Source of the DNA: Heptranchias perlo
Lineage: Eukaryota
Direction: 5' to 3'
Length of the DNA: 64,000 bases
NCBI RefSeq assembly: GCF_035084215.1
Contig: NC_090355.1
Span: 21,824,001 to 21,888,000 of the forward strand
The translations under genes and the position numbers were made by a program. Numbering within the stretch: position 1 is the first letter of the stretch; each line of letters begins with the position of its first letter. This document shows positions 63,218-64,000 of this stretch, one piece after another. The notes under the pieces are model-generated. The model was not told the DNA's origin. It was given only the letters and a program-made list of their open reading frames with translations, and ran no database searches.

Positions 63218-64000
63218 GTAGGATCCATAAGCACGTGTATTATTTAATTTGACTCTATCAATGGGTATTGTAACTATAAAATGGCCTTGTGAAACAGGAA
63301 TAAAATGCCCCCTCCTCATTTATGTTTGTACTGTTTAAACTATACATGAATAACAAGTTTTTGAAAGATAATAGTGACATGGAGGGGGATTAATGATAAT
63401 GTTTAGCACCCGCAGAATGGTATAGTGTCATTTTCTGCCCTGTTGCACATTCTTCCTCCTCTCGGCATCGACACTATGTTGAAATAAAGGTGCATTATAC
63501 AGTCTTCAATTCTAACTCGTTCTTTTCCAGGACCTGAAATCTGTGGAACTCCTTACCTATCTCAGTCTTTCCTTTCTCCCATAGTCTACGGGCTTTCGAA
63601 ACTCAGGCTTAGTGTCGCTAGTTCTTGATTTACCTTATCTTCAATCCAATCTCTTCAACCTTGATAATGTCCTGTGCTAGCATCTTTACCCAAGTTTCTT
63701 GATACTAAATTTCTTGACGTTTTTCACACAAAACTATATATTTTTTAAGAAAGCAAGATTCCAGGTTAATTACATTATCTGATTCAAAAAAAAGGACCTT
63801 TCCTTATAAGGCGATGGTACACTATACAGTACAGTGGAGAAGGAAAGTACACATAGAAATTCACTTATAACATGAAATTTTGTAGCTCAATTATTTTTAG
63901 AAATGGGATTTATAATTCAAAACCTCTTCCATTCTGCCTGACCTATACAGACTTACACTGGTGCATGTATCACATACATATCGTACAAAAGTTGTGCACC

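Noticed and set aside
63510-63560. Next RABEPK exon at the TTCTTTTCCAG acceptor
   Set aside because: The required phase gives an immediate TGA and no kelch-repeat sequence
1-64000. CRISPR array or prokaryotic defence system
   Set aside because: The sequence is intron-containing vertebrate DNA and no regularly spaced direct repeats were seen

Overview
Vertebrate genomic DNA. The repeat complement (abundant CR1 LINEs, Deu-domain SINEs, Penelope remnants) suggests a cartilaginous fish; this is an inference. The window holds a complete 7-exon PPP6C gene on the - strand (918 nt CDS, 305 aa, all introns GT-AG). It is head-to-head with the start of RABEPK on the + strand, sharing a CpG-island promoter. 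A second CpG-island promoter at about 31 kb points leftwards and is probably SCAI by synteny, so bases 1-31 kb would be mostly intronic. The rest is largely transposon debris. The most notable items are: (1) a roughly 3.3 kb APE+RT LINE with a tRNA-like Pol III head, plus internally deleted SINE-like derivatives of it in the same window; (2) two short Penelope-type insertions with target-site duplications (TSDs) that carry minimal hammerhead-ribozyme motifs, one folded into a long hairpin; (3) two independent solo LTRs about 800 bp apart inside a decayed, coding-looking tract of unknown origin; (4) a candidate 29-nt microexon. No databases were searched. Comparisons to human proteins are from memory, and repeat boundaries are approximate unless a TSD or terminal repeat is given.
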